A stretch of 64,000 nt of DNA from Nemertoderma westbladi (lineage: Eukaryota > Animalia > Xenacoelomorpha). Where the stretch lies: NCBI GenBank assembly GCA_032718475.1, contig JAUCBJ010007446.1, positions 35,335-99,334 of the forward strand. Reading direction: 5' to 3'. Numbering within the stretch: the stretch's first letter is position 1; the number at the start of each line of letters is the position of its first letter. Position numbers and translations under genes: made by a program. The notes below the pieces were generated by a model that saw nothing but the letters and a program-made list of their open reading frames with translations, had not been told where the DNA came from and did no database searches. This document shows positions 51,401-64,000 of this stretch, piece by piece.

Positions 51401-54000
51401 TCGGTTCCCAATTCCCTATCAGTATACTACAGGTTGTATCGGTTCCCAATTCCCTATCTGTATTCTACAGGTTGTCTCGATTCCCAATTCCCTATCAGTA
51501 TACTACAGGTTGTATCGGTTCCCAATTCCCTATCTGTATACTACAGGTTGTCTCGATTCCCAATTCCCTATCTCTATACTACAGGTTGTCTCGGTTCCCA
51601 ATTCCCTATCTGTATACAGGTTGTCTCGATTCCCAATTCCCTATCAGTATACAGGTTGTCTCGGTTCCCAATTCCCTATCTGTATTCTACAGGTTGTCTC
51701 GATTCCCAATTCCCTATCAGTATACTACAGGTTGTATCGGTTCCCAATTCCCTATCAGTATACTACAGGTTGTATCGGTTCCCAATTCCCTATCTGTATA
51801 CTACAGGTTGTCTCGATTCCCAATTCCCTATCTGTATACAGGTTGTTTCGGTTCCTACTTCCCTATCTGTATACTACAGGTTGTCTCGGTTCCCAATTCC
51901 CTATCTGTATACTACAGGTTGTATCGGTTCCCAATTCCCTATCTGTATACTACAGGTTGTCTCGGTTCCCAATTCCATATCTGTATACTACAGGTTGTCT
52001 CGGTTCCCAATTCCCTATCTGTATTCTACAGGTTGTCTCGATTCCCAATTCCCTATCAGTATACTACAGGTTGTATCGGTTCCCAATTCCCTATCTGTAT
52101 ACTACAGGTTGTCTCGGTTCCCAATTCCATATCTGTATACTACAGGTTGTCTCGGTTCCCAATTCCCTATCTGTATTCTACAGGTTGTCTCGATTCCCAA
52201 TTCCCTATCAGTATACTACAGGTTGTATCGGTTCCCAATTCCCTATCTGTATACTACAGGTTGTCTCGGTTCATACTTCCCTATCTGTATACAGGTTGTC
52301 TCGATTCCCAATTCCCCATCTGTATACTACAGGTTGTCTCAGTTCCTATTTCCCTATCTGTATACTACAGGTTGTATCGGTTCCCAATTCCCTATCTGTA
52401 TACTACAGGTTGTCTCGATTCCCAATTCCCTATCTGTATACAGGTTGTTTCGGTTCCTACTTCCCTATCTGTATACTACAGGTTGTCTCGGTTCCCAATT
52501 CCCTATCTGTATACTACAGGTTGTCCCGGTTCCCAATTCCCTATCTGTATACAGGTTGTCTCGGTTCCCAATTCCCTATCTGTATACTACAGGTTGTATC
52601 GGTTCCCAATTCCATATCTGTATACAGGTCGTATCGGTTCCCAATTCCCTATCTGTATACAGGTTGTCTCAGTTCCCAATTCCCTATCTGTATACAGATT
52701 GTCTCGGTTGCCAATTCCCTATCTGTATACTACAGGTTGTATCGGTTCCCAATTCCCTATCTGTATACAGGTTGTCTCGGCTCCCAATTCCCTATCTGTA
52801 TACTACAGGTTGTCTCAGCTCCCAATTCACTATCTGAATACAGGTTGTCTCAGCTCCCAATTCCCTATCTGTATACAGGTTGTCTCAGCTCCCAATTCTC
52901 TATCTGTATACAGGTTGTCTCGATTCCCAATTCCCTATCTGAATACAGGTTGTCTCAGCTCCCAATTCCCTATCTGTATACAGGTTGTCTCGGTTCCTAA
53001 TTCCCTATCTGTATACTACAGGTTATCTCGGTTCCCAATTCCCTATCTGTATACAGGTTGTCTCAGCTCCCAATTCTCTATCTGAATACAGGTTGTCTCA
53101 GCTCCCAATTCTCTATCTGTATACAGGTTGTCTCAGCTCCCAATTCTCTATCTGTATACAGGTTGTCTCGATTCCCAATTCCCTATCTGTATACAGGTTG
53201 TATCGGTTCCCAATTCCCTATCTGTATACAGGTTGTCTCGGTTCCTAATTCCCTATCTGTATACTACAGGTTATCTCGGTTCCCAATTCCCTATCTGTAT
53301 ACTACAGGTTGTATCGGTTCCCAATTCCCTATCTGTATACTACAGGTTGTATCGGTTCCCAATTCCCTATCTGTATACTACAGGTTGTATCGGTTCCCAA
53401 TTCCCTATCTGTATACTACAGGTTGTCTCAGTTCCTATTTCCCTATCTGTATACTACAGGTTGTCTCGGTTCCCAATTCCCTATCTGTATACTACAGGTT
53501 GTATCGGTTCCCAATTCCCTATCTGTATACTACAGGTTGTCTCAGTTCCTATTTCCCTATCTGTATACTACAGGTTGTCTCGGTTCCCAATTCCCTATCT
53601 GTATTCTACAGGTTGTATCGGTTCCCAATTCCCTATCTGTATACTACAGGTTGTATCGGTTCCTAATTCCCTATCTGTATACTACAGGTTGTATCGGTTC
53701 CCAATTCCCTATCTGTATACTACAGGTTGTATCGGTTCCCAATTCCCTATCTGTATACTACAGTTGTATCGGTTCCTAATTCCCTATCTGTATACTACAG
53801 GTTGTATCGGTTCCCAATTCCCTATCTGTATACTACAGGTTGTCTCGGTTCCCAATTCCCTATCTGTATACAGGTTGTCTCAGCTCCCAATTCCCTATCT
53901 GTATACAGGTTGTATCGGTTCCCAATTACCTATCTGTATACAGGTTGTCTCGGATCCCAATTACCTATCTGTATTCAGGTTGTATTGGTTCCCAATTCTT
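45411..54000. repeat. 38/35-bp satellite (~230 copies) with a local 152-bp (4-mer) higher-order period
   Basis: Unit ACAGGTTGTCTCGGTTCCCAATTCCCTATCTGTAT(ACT). The CCATATC variant recurs every 152 bp from 49371 to 50283. Confidence 0.97.
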
Positions 54001-55189
54001 GGTCACTTATATACTAAAAGGCAGTTCGTTAGCAATTTAATTCTATTAGATAATTTATAAAAATACCGTCAAACATAAATTAGTTGTAATTAACCGTAAG
54101 CACTGGCTGGACACAGACCACAGACAGTACCGGTAGTCAGGGAAGATTCTACAATTTTTCCTTTTTTTGTTCCGACCAACATTCTACAAAGTTAAGTAAA
54201 GATTGTAATAAGTAACCATAAAATTTATAATTAAATACATTTCTAAATGGCACTACAACACCATGGCACTTGTATGACACACGATAGTTGGAAATGTATA
54301 GGGTATAATAGTATGGTGGCCTTCTGGCCTTTACCACGCTACATAATATTAAATATTATTACAGTAGGCTAGTGTTGATGTAAAAAAACGCGCACAAAAG
54401 GATACTAAACTAGAATAGAATATTATATTACATTTTACGATGATAAAATAGTTCATTTTAAATAAGTGTCGCTAAGCATTGTAACGCAAATATCCGCATT
54501 GCAGCCAGAAGTAGCAGACTACATGATTTATAATGTTTACAGTACTAAGGCCTAATAGGCCTACACAAAACAAATACAGTAGGCCTACATATACTAGGCC
54601 TAGTGTACCTGAGAATACAATGTTTACAGTGAACTGATGAAGCCACGAATAATTTTAATATTACAAACACCTACGTTTGTTGAGTGCTTAGATTTTCTCA
54701 AGTATGTTCTTATAATACCGTTATACTATTATTTATAGAAAAGTCTAAAATAACCTGATAAATTACTTAGATAATTAATTATAGGATGGAACAATAACCA
54801 TATAGGATAAAACAAAGACGGAATTTAAAGCGCCTTGAAAGTGAATGAAAGTTTATACGTGGCAAAGTTAGGCAACTTCGTGAGTAACTTGGTGTTCCAC
54901 TCAGGATGCTTATTATATTTCTTCGTGTAAATATAAAGTTGTCAAAAAGTTGCAATAAAGGTTGCTCAAAGCTCAAATTGTCAACTTTTTGGGTAAATTT
55001 AAAGAATTTTCATGGGGGACTTAAAAAAACTGAAAAATTAAATTATATAATTTAGATAAAATTAAATATGTTGAGGACCAAGTAAAACGAAGACGTTGAC
55101 GTATAAACAAACAACAAGCAATTAAGTTGTTCAATACATTGAGAACTGATTTACACAATTAATAGGTTGCCACGTGTAAACAAAACGGT

Positions 55190-58100
55190 TTAATTTCGGG
55201 GAGTCATTTTCACCCAGATGCCATTCTTCGGTGTGTAGAATCCTATCCCTGTAACTGGACAAGGAACTTCTGTCTTCTCGGATCTACCAAAAAAAGTTAA
55301 AGGTATAAAGTACCGGTAAATACTCGTATTGTTCGCTAAATATAGTAATACTCGCTGTATAAAGTATTAGGCAAACCTGTTGTATAAAGTATTAGGCATA
55401 CCTGTTGTATAAAGTAAAACTTTCTGAATAAAGTAATCTTGCTTTAGCAGTAAATTAAGCTATTTAATAGGCCTACATTGAAAACAACTTAGTGTTTATT
55501 CCCAACGAATGCGATTACTTATGATAGTGTTGTACATAATTATACATACATAATGTACAGAATATTACAGGGTTAAACAAATAATTAAAATCAGTTTACC
55601 GACAGGGGCGTTTCTTCATAACGATAATCACTCATCATCCAAGTCTAAGGGGAGATTCAACTGTTAGTTGGGAAACTGAGTCGGACATCATTTTGAAATA
55701 TTCACTAGCCCGCCTTATGATGTCTAATTTGGTTTAATTCTTACGTTACAGTATAATAGATTACACTTAGATCCACGCCGTTAACTTACCTTACAATGGT
55801 ATAGCTCTGGAGTATCTTCACAAGTGCCACCTTGACTTCCAACAATGCGAATCGGGTTGCCAGGCAATTTCTTGGACCGAGACCAAAAGGCGCGTAAGCA
55901 TAAGGGTTTCGTTTCTTCTTTTCTTCCGGGAGGAATCTGTAGAAGTAAATGCAATATTAGGGGGTCGTCCTTAAATTACCCAACACTTTGTAGGATGAAT
56001 TTTGTCCCCCCCTTTCCCCTATGTCACGTCACGCAATATGTTACTAATAACTTTATATTAATCGTAGCAATATGTTATTAATAACTTTATATTAATCATA
56101 GCAATATGTTATTAATAACTTTATATTAATCATAGCAATATGTTATTAATAACTTTATATTAATCACAGCAATATGTTACTGTATTAATAAGTTTATATT
56201 AATCATAGTTAAATCATGACCATGAAATACTGTATTTTGTTCTTGTTCATTACGCGTATTGGTCAGCATAAGTAGAAGGTTCAGTTTAGGCGATAGGCTA
56301 AGGCTATATATAATAGGTCTAGCCATATCATACAGTAGATATAATTTACCTACCGTTCACTGTAATATACAATAATGTGGTAGTCATACTACAGTAGCTG
56401 AAGAGGTTGACTATGGCTGGGCACCAAACTGAAACTTTTTAGAATTTCAATTAGATTTATGTCACAAACTGTCCCTATAAGTTTAAAACCCTACTCCACC
56501 CATCTTGCATTACGTAATTTAAGGATGACGCATAATTAACTATAAATAAATGGAAAAAAAAGACCAATATGAAACTGATATTAATACAAGTAGGCCTGCA
56601 TAATAATGTACAGTTGTACATACATATTGGAAAATGTACCTACATTATAAAGGTAAGTCTGTTGGGTCTGATTCTGATTTACGTCTATCATTCCGGCTGT
56701 TTCGCACAAAAATGTTTACGGTATATTGTAATAGTGGTGAATGGTGTATCAAAGGAGGTTTAAAGATACTGTATTACTGTATATACAATAAAATAAAGCT
56801 ATTACTGCAGTTAAATACAATATGAACGACCTACCGATCTGGGTTAAACTCTTCTGGGTTGGGCCAATGTTCGGGATCTCTGTGCAACACGTATATCGAC
56901 CCGTATACGACCATGCCCTCCCGCATCGGTACCCCTTCTATAACACAATCCTCTCCACAAGATCTCTCGATTCTCACGGCAGGGGAACACAGCCGGAGAG
57001 TCTCAGAAACAAAACGATCCAGGTATTCTAGTTTCTGAACTATTTCATATGTAACTGGCTAGAATGGAATAGCAACATGTATTATTTACTGGGGAAATGG
57101 GCAAGTTAACAAAAGATTGTCCTTCACCTCTTTCTAAATCATCTTTCAGATCTTTCTCAGTCCAGCACAAAATAAGTGATTAAGGGCAGTGTGTGGTCAG
57201 TAGCTAAGGGGATTAATCAGTTCATTGAATACGAATCTCCACACGAGTTTGTGCTTATATGACATGATACGAAATACGAATGCAAGACAGACGATACATC
57301 AAAGATATGGTTCCATTCACAATATTTATTGTTAAATGTAGGCCTACAGCTGCAGCATAGCACAACAGTTCCTACCTTATCTTTATCAGTAAGTTCATCC
57401 AATTCATCAATGACCTTATCTTGAATATCTGGATTAAGTGCTAAATAGTAGCAGCACCAACATAATGTATTCGACGTTGTTTCATAACCTTTAAAATAAA
57501 GATTATATTATATTATTACAATTAGGCCCCTACCACCTTAAACTGCAAAATATTCTACTGCAGTTAGTTATTCATGGAATACCAAATATTTAGTGTCCCA
57601 TCTAGTCATCGATGTTTACTTGCATCTACATGCACCTCTTTAATCTTTTCTTGGCGATCGGGCATCGAAGGAAGTTGAGTTTAAAATTTTGAAATAAGTG
57701 GTGGTAGCTCTTTGACGTTGTGCCGCCGCAGCGCAGGCGGCGGAAACCAAAAGCTTAAAACAAGTGAAGTTATAAATCATTCGCTAGGCGAGTTAGTTGT
57801 CGTTAAATATTGTATTAGTGATCAGTACGTATAACCCATGAACATTAAATATTGTTAGAGTGCGACAAAGTGCCACGTTTATTGACATTTAGTTGGTTGT
57901 GGATAGGTTTACATACCTGCAAGAAAGAATAGAAAACTCTGGGCAAACACCTCATTATGAGTCATTCCGACTTTATTTAGAGCCGAGTGACCTGGTTGAA
58001 TTTTCTCGTAAGAATTTAGCATTGTTTGCATAAAATCAACTCTCTAAAAAAATTGAAAATATTCTTCATTATTAAATTATTATTTACATCCATTAGTCTT

Positions 58101-59279
58101 ATAATCTTTCACGTTATAAAAATTTTTCTCTGGCAAGAACGGTGGTTTTTAGAAAATGGAAATATTTAATTTTCTTTGGGCTTTGGGCAGAATACAGATG
58201 GTGCTGCTTAAAAGTACCGAACCAATAATTGCCGTTATATCGTTATTGTTTTGTTTACATTCCCTATCGACATAGGTACACAGATACTGTAAAACATGAT
58301 AAAGTAATTGGTTCTCTACCTCAAAATTTTTCTCCAATGTTGTGCTGTAAACTGCCGTATAAAGTTATACTGTATAGTATTATATACATCTGTTCTACTG
58401 TAACTAGGGAATTATTTTACATAATGTATACAAATTTAACAGTGTTATTAGCCATGTTAGACAATAATTACTTAATAAGTTATAACTTACCCCTTTGAAT
58501 TCTTCCGAATTGTGTCTCTTTTTAATAATATCATCTATTAAGTTATTGAAAAACCCAAAAGAGTCTTTTGGAAAAAATGAAAAACTTAGTTTACCGAGTG
58601 TAAGTTCAGCTGCGCGCGGAAACATAACTGTAATAAAAACAAAATAACTGTAATATAAACAACATCAATGTAATATAAACAAAATAACTGTAATATAAAC
58701 AAAATAACTGTAATATAAACAAAATACGGACCGGTAAAAGTTGTAAAAATTACAGTAAAGAGTTGGGTGTAATGTTGATCGTCTGTAGTCTGTATGTCAA
58801 TTAATTTCTATGTTGATCTGTCGCATGTCTCAACTTTAGTCTGCCTTTGACTCTTTGTCAGTCGGCGTTATTCTTTCTGTATGTCAGTATGTCTCATATG
58901 TCCCTATGTCTCTATTATACCAGCCGGCCTCTATTCCAGTCTGCCTCTTCCCGTTCTCAATTATTATGAGGAACAGTATTCTAACAGTTCGCCAAAGTGC
59001 GCCAGTTAGGAACGGACTGAAACATGCGGAAGATAACTCACGGACAAATAGAAGGAACGGGTTAAAGAAGTTAGTAATAAAGGATTTCCGGACGTGGTAT
59101 ATGAAAGGGTCTTTCTCATCTGCACCAGCATCAACTCTAACACTAAATCCGCATTCCGCTATAACGTTGATACTAAAAGACCCAAATAAGGATTTAACCT
59201 CAACTGATTCATCGTTTACGGCCGCCTTCGCAAGAATTGTGTTGAGACTCCCAGCGCAGTGGTCTACCAGCGAACTCAT
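55190..59279 (-). CDS. Cytochrome P450, clan 3 (CYP3A-like), last seven coding exons: 59042-59279, 58491-58627, 57917-58043, 57376-57488, 56835-57058, 55790-55936, 55190-55283; 5' exons lie beyond the window
   Basis: All junctions are GT-AG with compatible phases. I-helix FFLAGYETTS, K-helix ETLR, PERF-like FNPDRF, heme motif PFGLGPRNCLA, stop TAA at 55190. Confidence 0.93.
55960..56532. mobile_element. Probable Harbinger-type MITE in a CYP intron, with an internal 36-bp tandem repeat
   Basis: GGGTCGTCCTTAAATTAC ... GTAATTTAAGGATGACGC imperfect TIRs with TTA/TAA flanks; AATAACTTTATATTAATCATAGCAATATGTTATT-type repeats at 56030-56210. Confidence 0.55.
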
Positions 59280-59304
59280 CTACAAATATAAAAACATTGT
59301 TTTT

Positions 59305-62300
59305 GTTTCAGGTTATTCCAACTACCAACCTGTTTCAGTTTATTCCAACTACCAACCTGTTTCAGTTTATTCCAACTACCAACCTGTTACAGTTTTTTCC
59401 AAATAATGTTTCACTTTATTCCAACTACCAACCTGTTTCAGTTTATTCCAACTACCAACCTGTAACAGTTTATTCTATCCAACTACCAACCTGTTTCAGT
59501 TTATTCCAACTAATGTTTCAGTTTATTCCAACTACCAACCTGTTTCAGTTTATTCCAACTACCAACCTGTAACAGTTTATTCTATCCAACTACCAACCTG
59601 TTTCAGTTTATTCCAACTAATGTTTCAGTTTATTCCAACTACCAACCTGTTACAGTTTATTCCAACTACCAACCTGTTACAGTTTTTTCCAAATAATGTT
59701 TCACTTTATTCCAACTACCAACCTGTTTCAGTTTATTCCAACTACCAACCTGTAACAGTTTATTCTATCCAACTACCAACCTGTTTCAGTTTATTCCAAC
59801 TAATGTTTCAGTTTATTCCAACTACCAACCTGTTACAGTTTTTTCCAAATAATGTTTCACTTTATTCCAACTACCAACCTGTTTCAGTTTATTCCAACTA
59901 CCAACCTGTAACAGTTTATTCTATCCAACTACCAACCTGTTTCAGTTTATTCCAACTAATGTTTCAGTTTATTCCAACTACCAACCTGTTTCAGTTTATT
60001 CCAACTACCAACCTGTAACAGTTTATTCTATCCAACTACCAACCTGTTTCAGTTTATTCCAACTAATGTTTCAGTTTATTCCAACTACCAACCTGTTACA
60101 GTTTATTCCAACTAATGTTACAGTTTATTCCAACTACCAACCTGTTACAGTTTATTCCAAATAATGTTTCAGTTTATTCCAACTACCAACCTGTTTCAGT
60201 TTATTCCAACTACCAACCTGTTTCAGTTTATTCCAACTACCAACCTGTTACAGTTTTTTCCAAATAATGTTTCACTTTATTCCAACTACCAACCTGTTTC
60301 AGTTTATTCCAACTACCAACCTGTAACAGTTTATTCTATCCAACTACCAACCTGTTTCAGTTTATTCCAACTAATGTTTCAGTTTATTCCAACTACCAAC
60401 CTGTTTCAGTTTATTCCAACTACCAACCTGTAAAAGTTTATTCTATCCAACTACCAACCTGTTTCAGTTTATTCCAACTAATGTTTCAGTTTATTCCAAC
60501 TACCAACCTGTTACAGTTTATTCCAACTACCAACCTGTTACAGTTTTTTCCAAATAATGTTTCACTTTATTCCAACTACCAACCTGTTTCAGTTTATTCC
60601 AACTACCAACCTGTAACAGTTTATTCTATCCAACTACCAACCTGTTTCAGTTTATTCCAACTAATGTTTCAGTTTATTCCAACTACCAACCTGTTACAGT
60701 TTTTTCCAAATAATGTTTCACTTTATTCCAACTACCAACCTGTTTCAGTTTATTCCAACTACCAACCTGTAACAGTTTATTCTATCCAACTACCAACCTG
60801 TTTCAGTTTATTCCAACTAATGTTTCAGTTTATTCCAACTACCAACCTGTTTCAGTTTATTCCAACTACCAACCTGTAACAGTTTATTCTATCCAACTAC
60901 CAACCTGTTTCAGTTTATTCCAACTAATGTTTCAGTTTATTCCAACTACCAACCTGTTACAGTTTATTCCAACTAATGTTACAGTTTATTCCAACTACCA
61001 ACCTGTTACAGTTTATTCCAAATAATGTTTCAGTTTATTCCAACTACCAACCTGTTTCAGTTTATTCCAACTACCAACCTGTATCAGTTTATTCTATCCA
61101 ACTACCAACCTGTTTCAGTTTATTCCAACTACCAAACTGTTTCAGTTTATTCAAACCTCCAACCTGTTTCAGTTTATTCCAACTACCAACATGTTACCGT
61201 TTATTCAAACTACCAACCTGTTTCAGTTTATTCCAACTACCAACCTGTTTCAGTTTATTCCAACTACCAACCTGTTTCAGTTTATTCCATCTACCAAGCT
61301 GTTACAGTTTATTCCAAATAATGTTTCAGTTTATTCCAACTACCAACCTGTTACAGTTTATTCCAAATAATGTCTCAGTTTATTCCAACTACCAACCTGT
61401 ATCAGTTTATTCTATCCAACTACCAACCTGTTTCAGTTTATTCCAACTACCAAACTGTTTCAGTTTATTCAAACTACCAACCTGTTTCAGTTTATTCCAA
61501 CTACCAACCTGTTACAGTTTATTCAAACTACCAACCTGTTTCAGTTTATTCCAACTACCAACCTGTTTCAGTTTATTCCAACTACCAACCTGTTTCAGTT
61601 TATTCCATCTACCAAGCTGTTACAGTTTATTCCAAATAATGTTTCAGTTTATTCCAAGTACCAACCTGTTTCAGTTTATTCCAAATAATGTTTCAGTTTA
61701 TTACAACACCAACCTGTTTCAGTTTATTCCATCTACCAACCTGTTTCAGTTTATTCCAACTACCAACCTGTTACAGTTTATTCAAACTACCAACCTGTTT
61801 CAGTTTATTCCAACTACCAACCTGTTTCAGTTTATTCCAACTACCAACCTGTTTCAGTTTATTCCATCTACCAAGCTGTTATAGTTTATTCAAACTACCA
61901 ACCTGTTTCAGTTTATTCCAAATAATGTTTCAGTTTATTACAACACCAACCTGTTTCAGTTTATTCCATCTACCAACCTGTTACAGTTTATTCAAACTAC
62001 CAACCTGTTTCAGTTTATTCCAAATAATGTTTCAGTTTATTCCAACTACCAACCTGTTTCAGTTTATTCCAAATAATGTTTCAGTTTATTACAACACCAA
62101 CCTGTTTCAGTTTATTCCATCTACCAACCTGTTTCAGTTTATTCCAACTACCAACCTGTTACAGTTTATTCAAACTACCAACCTGTTTCAGTTTATTCCA
62201 AATAATGTTTCAGTTTATTCCAACTACCAACCTGTTTCAGTTTATTCCATCTACCAAGCTGTTTCAGTTTATTCCAACTACCAACCTGTTTCAGTTTATT

Positions 62301-64000
62301 CCAACTACCAACCTGTTTCAGTTTATTCCAACTACCAACCTGTTTCAGTTTATTCCAACTACCAACCTGTTTCAGTTTATTCCAACTACCAACCTGTTTC
62401 AGTTTATTCCAACTACCAACCTGTTACAGTTTATTCAAACTACCAACCTGTTTCAGTTTATTCCAAATAATGTTTCAGTTTATTCCAACTACCAACCTGT
62501 TTCAGTTTATTCCATCTACCAAGCTGTTACAGTTTATTCCAAATAATGTTTCAGTTTATTCCAACTACCAACCTGTTTCAGTTTATTCCAAATAATGTTT
62601 CAGTTTATTACAACACCAACCTGTTTCAGTTTATTCCATCTACCAACCTGTTTCAGTTTATTCCAACTACCAACCTGTTACAGTTTATTCAAACTACCAA
62701 CCTGTTTCAGTTTATTCCAAATAATGTTTCAGTTTATTCCAACTACCAACCTGTTTCAGTTTATTCCATCTACCAAGCTGTTTCAGTTTATTCCAACTAC
62801 CAACCTGTTTCAGTTTATTCCAACTACCAACCTGTTTCAGTTTATTCCATCTACCAAGCTGTTATAGTTTATTCAAACTACCAACCTGTTTCAGTTTATT
62901 CCAAATAATGTTTCAGTTTATTACAACACCAACCTGTTTCAGTTTATTCCATCTACCAACCTGTTACAGTTTATTCAAACTACCAACCTGTTTCAGTTTA
63001 TTCCAAATAATGTTTCAGTTTATTCTAACTACCAACCTGTTTCAGTTTATTCCAAATAATGTTTCAGTTTATTACAACACCAACCTGTTTCAGTTTATTC
63101 CATCTACCAACCTGTTTCAGTTTATTCCAACTACCAACCTGTTACAGTTTATTCAAACTACCAACCTGTTTCAGTTTATTCCAAATAATGTTTCAGTTTA
63201 TTCCAACTACCAACCTGTTTCAGTTTATTCCATCTACCAAGCTGTTTCAGTTTATTCCAACTACCAACCTGTTTCAGTTTATTCCAACTACCAACCTGTT
63301 TCAGTTTATTCCAACTACCAACCTGTTTCAGTTTATTCCAACTACCAACCTGTTTCAGTTTATTCCATCTACCAAGCTGTTACAGTTTATTCCAAATAAT
63401 GTTTCAGTTTATTCCAACTACCAACCTGTTTCAGTTTATTCCAAATAATGTTTCAGTTTATTACAACACCAACCTGTTTCAGTTTATTCAAACTACCAAC
63501 CTGTTTCAGTTTATTCCAACTACCAACCTGTTACAGTTTATTCAAACTACCAACCTGTTTCAGTTTATTCCAACTACCAACCTGTTTCAGTTTATTCCAT
63601 CTACCAAGCTGTTACAGTTTATTCCAAATAATGTTTCAGTTTATTCCAACTACCAACCTGTTTCAGTTTATTCCAAATAATGTTTCAGTTTATTACAACA
63701 CCAACCTGTTTCAGTTTATTCAAACTACCAACCTGTTTCAGTTTATTCCAACTACCAACCTGTTACAGTTTATTCCAACTACCAACCTGCTTCAGTTTAT
63801 TCCAACTACCAACCTGTTTCAGTTTATTCCATCTACCAAGCTGTTACAGTTTATTCCAAATAATGTTTCAGTTTATTCCAACTACCAACCTGTTTCAGTT
63901 TATTCCAAATAATGTTTCAGTTTATTCCAACACCAACCTGTTTCAGTTTATTCCATCTACCAACCTGTTTCAGTTTATTCCAACTACCAACCTGTTACAG
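59305..64000. repeat. 27-bp satellite (with 22-bp variants) filling a CYP intron; runs off the window end
   Basis: Unit TTCAGTTTATTCCAACTACCAACCTGT. An 861-bp higher-order duplication is shown by identical ORFs at 59620 and 60481. Confidence 0.97.

Noticed and set aside
45416-54060. Overlapping ORFs of up to 2543 aa in all three plus frames
   Set aside because: The 38/35-bp unit simply lacks stop codons; the same peptides appear in every frame.
55845-55890. CYP heme motif ending CLA rather than CIG as a sign of pseudogenisation
   Set aside because: The axial Cys, the I-helix Thr, ExxR and all splice phases are intact; Ala at this position occurs in functional P450s.
59297-63912. Many FQFIPTTNL-type ORFs
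   Set aside because: Translations of the 27-bp intronic satellite.

Overview
Eukaryotic (animal, probably marine invertebrate) genomic DNA, AT-rich and dominated by tandem repeats. Three host genes lie on the minus strand. The first is four exons of a neurexin: the LNS6 domain plus the stalk/Cys-loop, at 29390 down to 6556. The second is an SLC35C2-like transporter with an intronless CDS. The third is the 3' seven exons of a clan-3 (CYP3A-like) cytochrome P450. Introns carry a young non-autonomous BEL/Pao LTR retrotransposon (Gag-protease only, apparently identical 1242-bp LTRs) nested in a Harbinger-type MITE, and a diverged relative of that LTR element. They also carry two RTE-like LINE copies, a triplicated tRNA-derived SINE, a tandem Helentron-like element and at least eight minisatellite arrays. 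All giant ORFs in the ORF track except 20690..24802 are repeat artefacts. Top finding: neither BEL/Pao copy has a tRNA primer-binding site. In each, the bases just after the 5' LTR are complementary to a homologous site inside its own LTR, with four compensatory base-pair changes between the copies. This points to Tf1-like self-primed reverse transcription in a BEL/Pao lineage. A second theme is that several arrays are amplified splice sites or element ends, including arrays at the positions of neurexin alternative splice sites SS4 and SS5. All coordinates and counts were read by eye.
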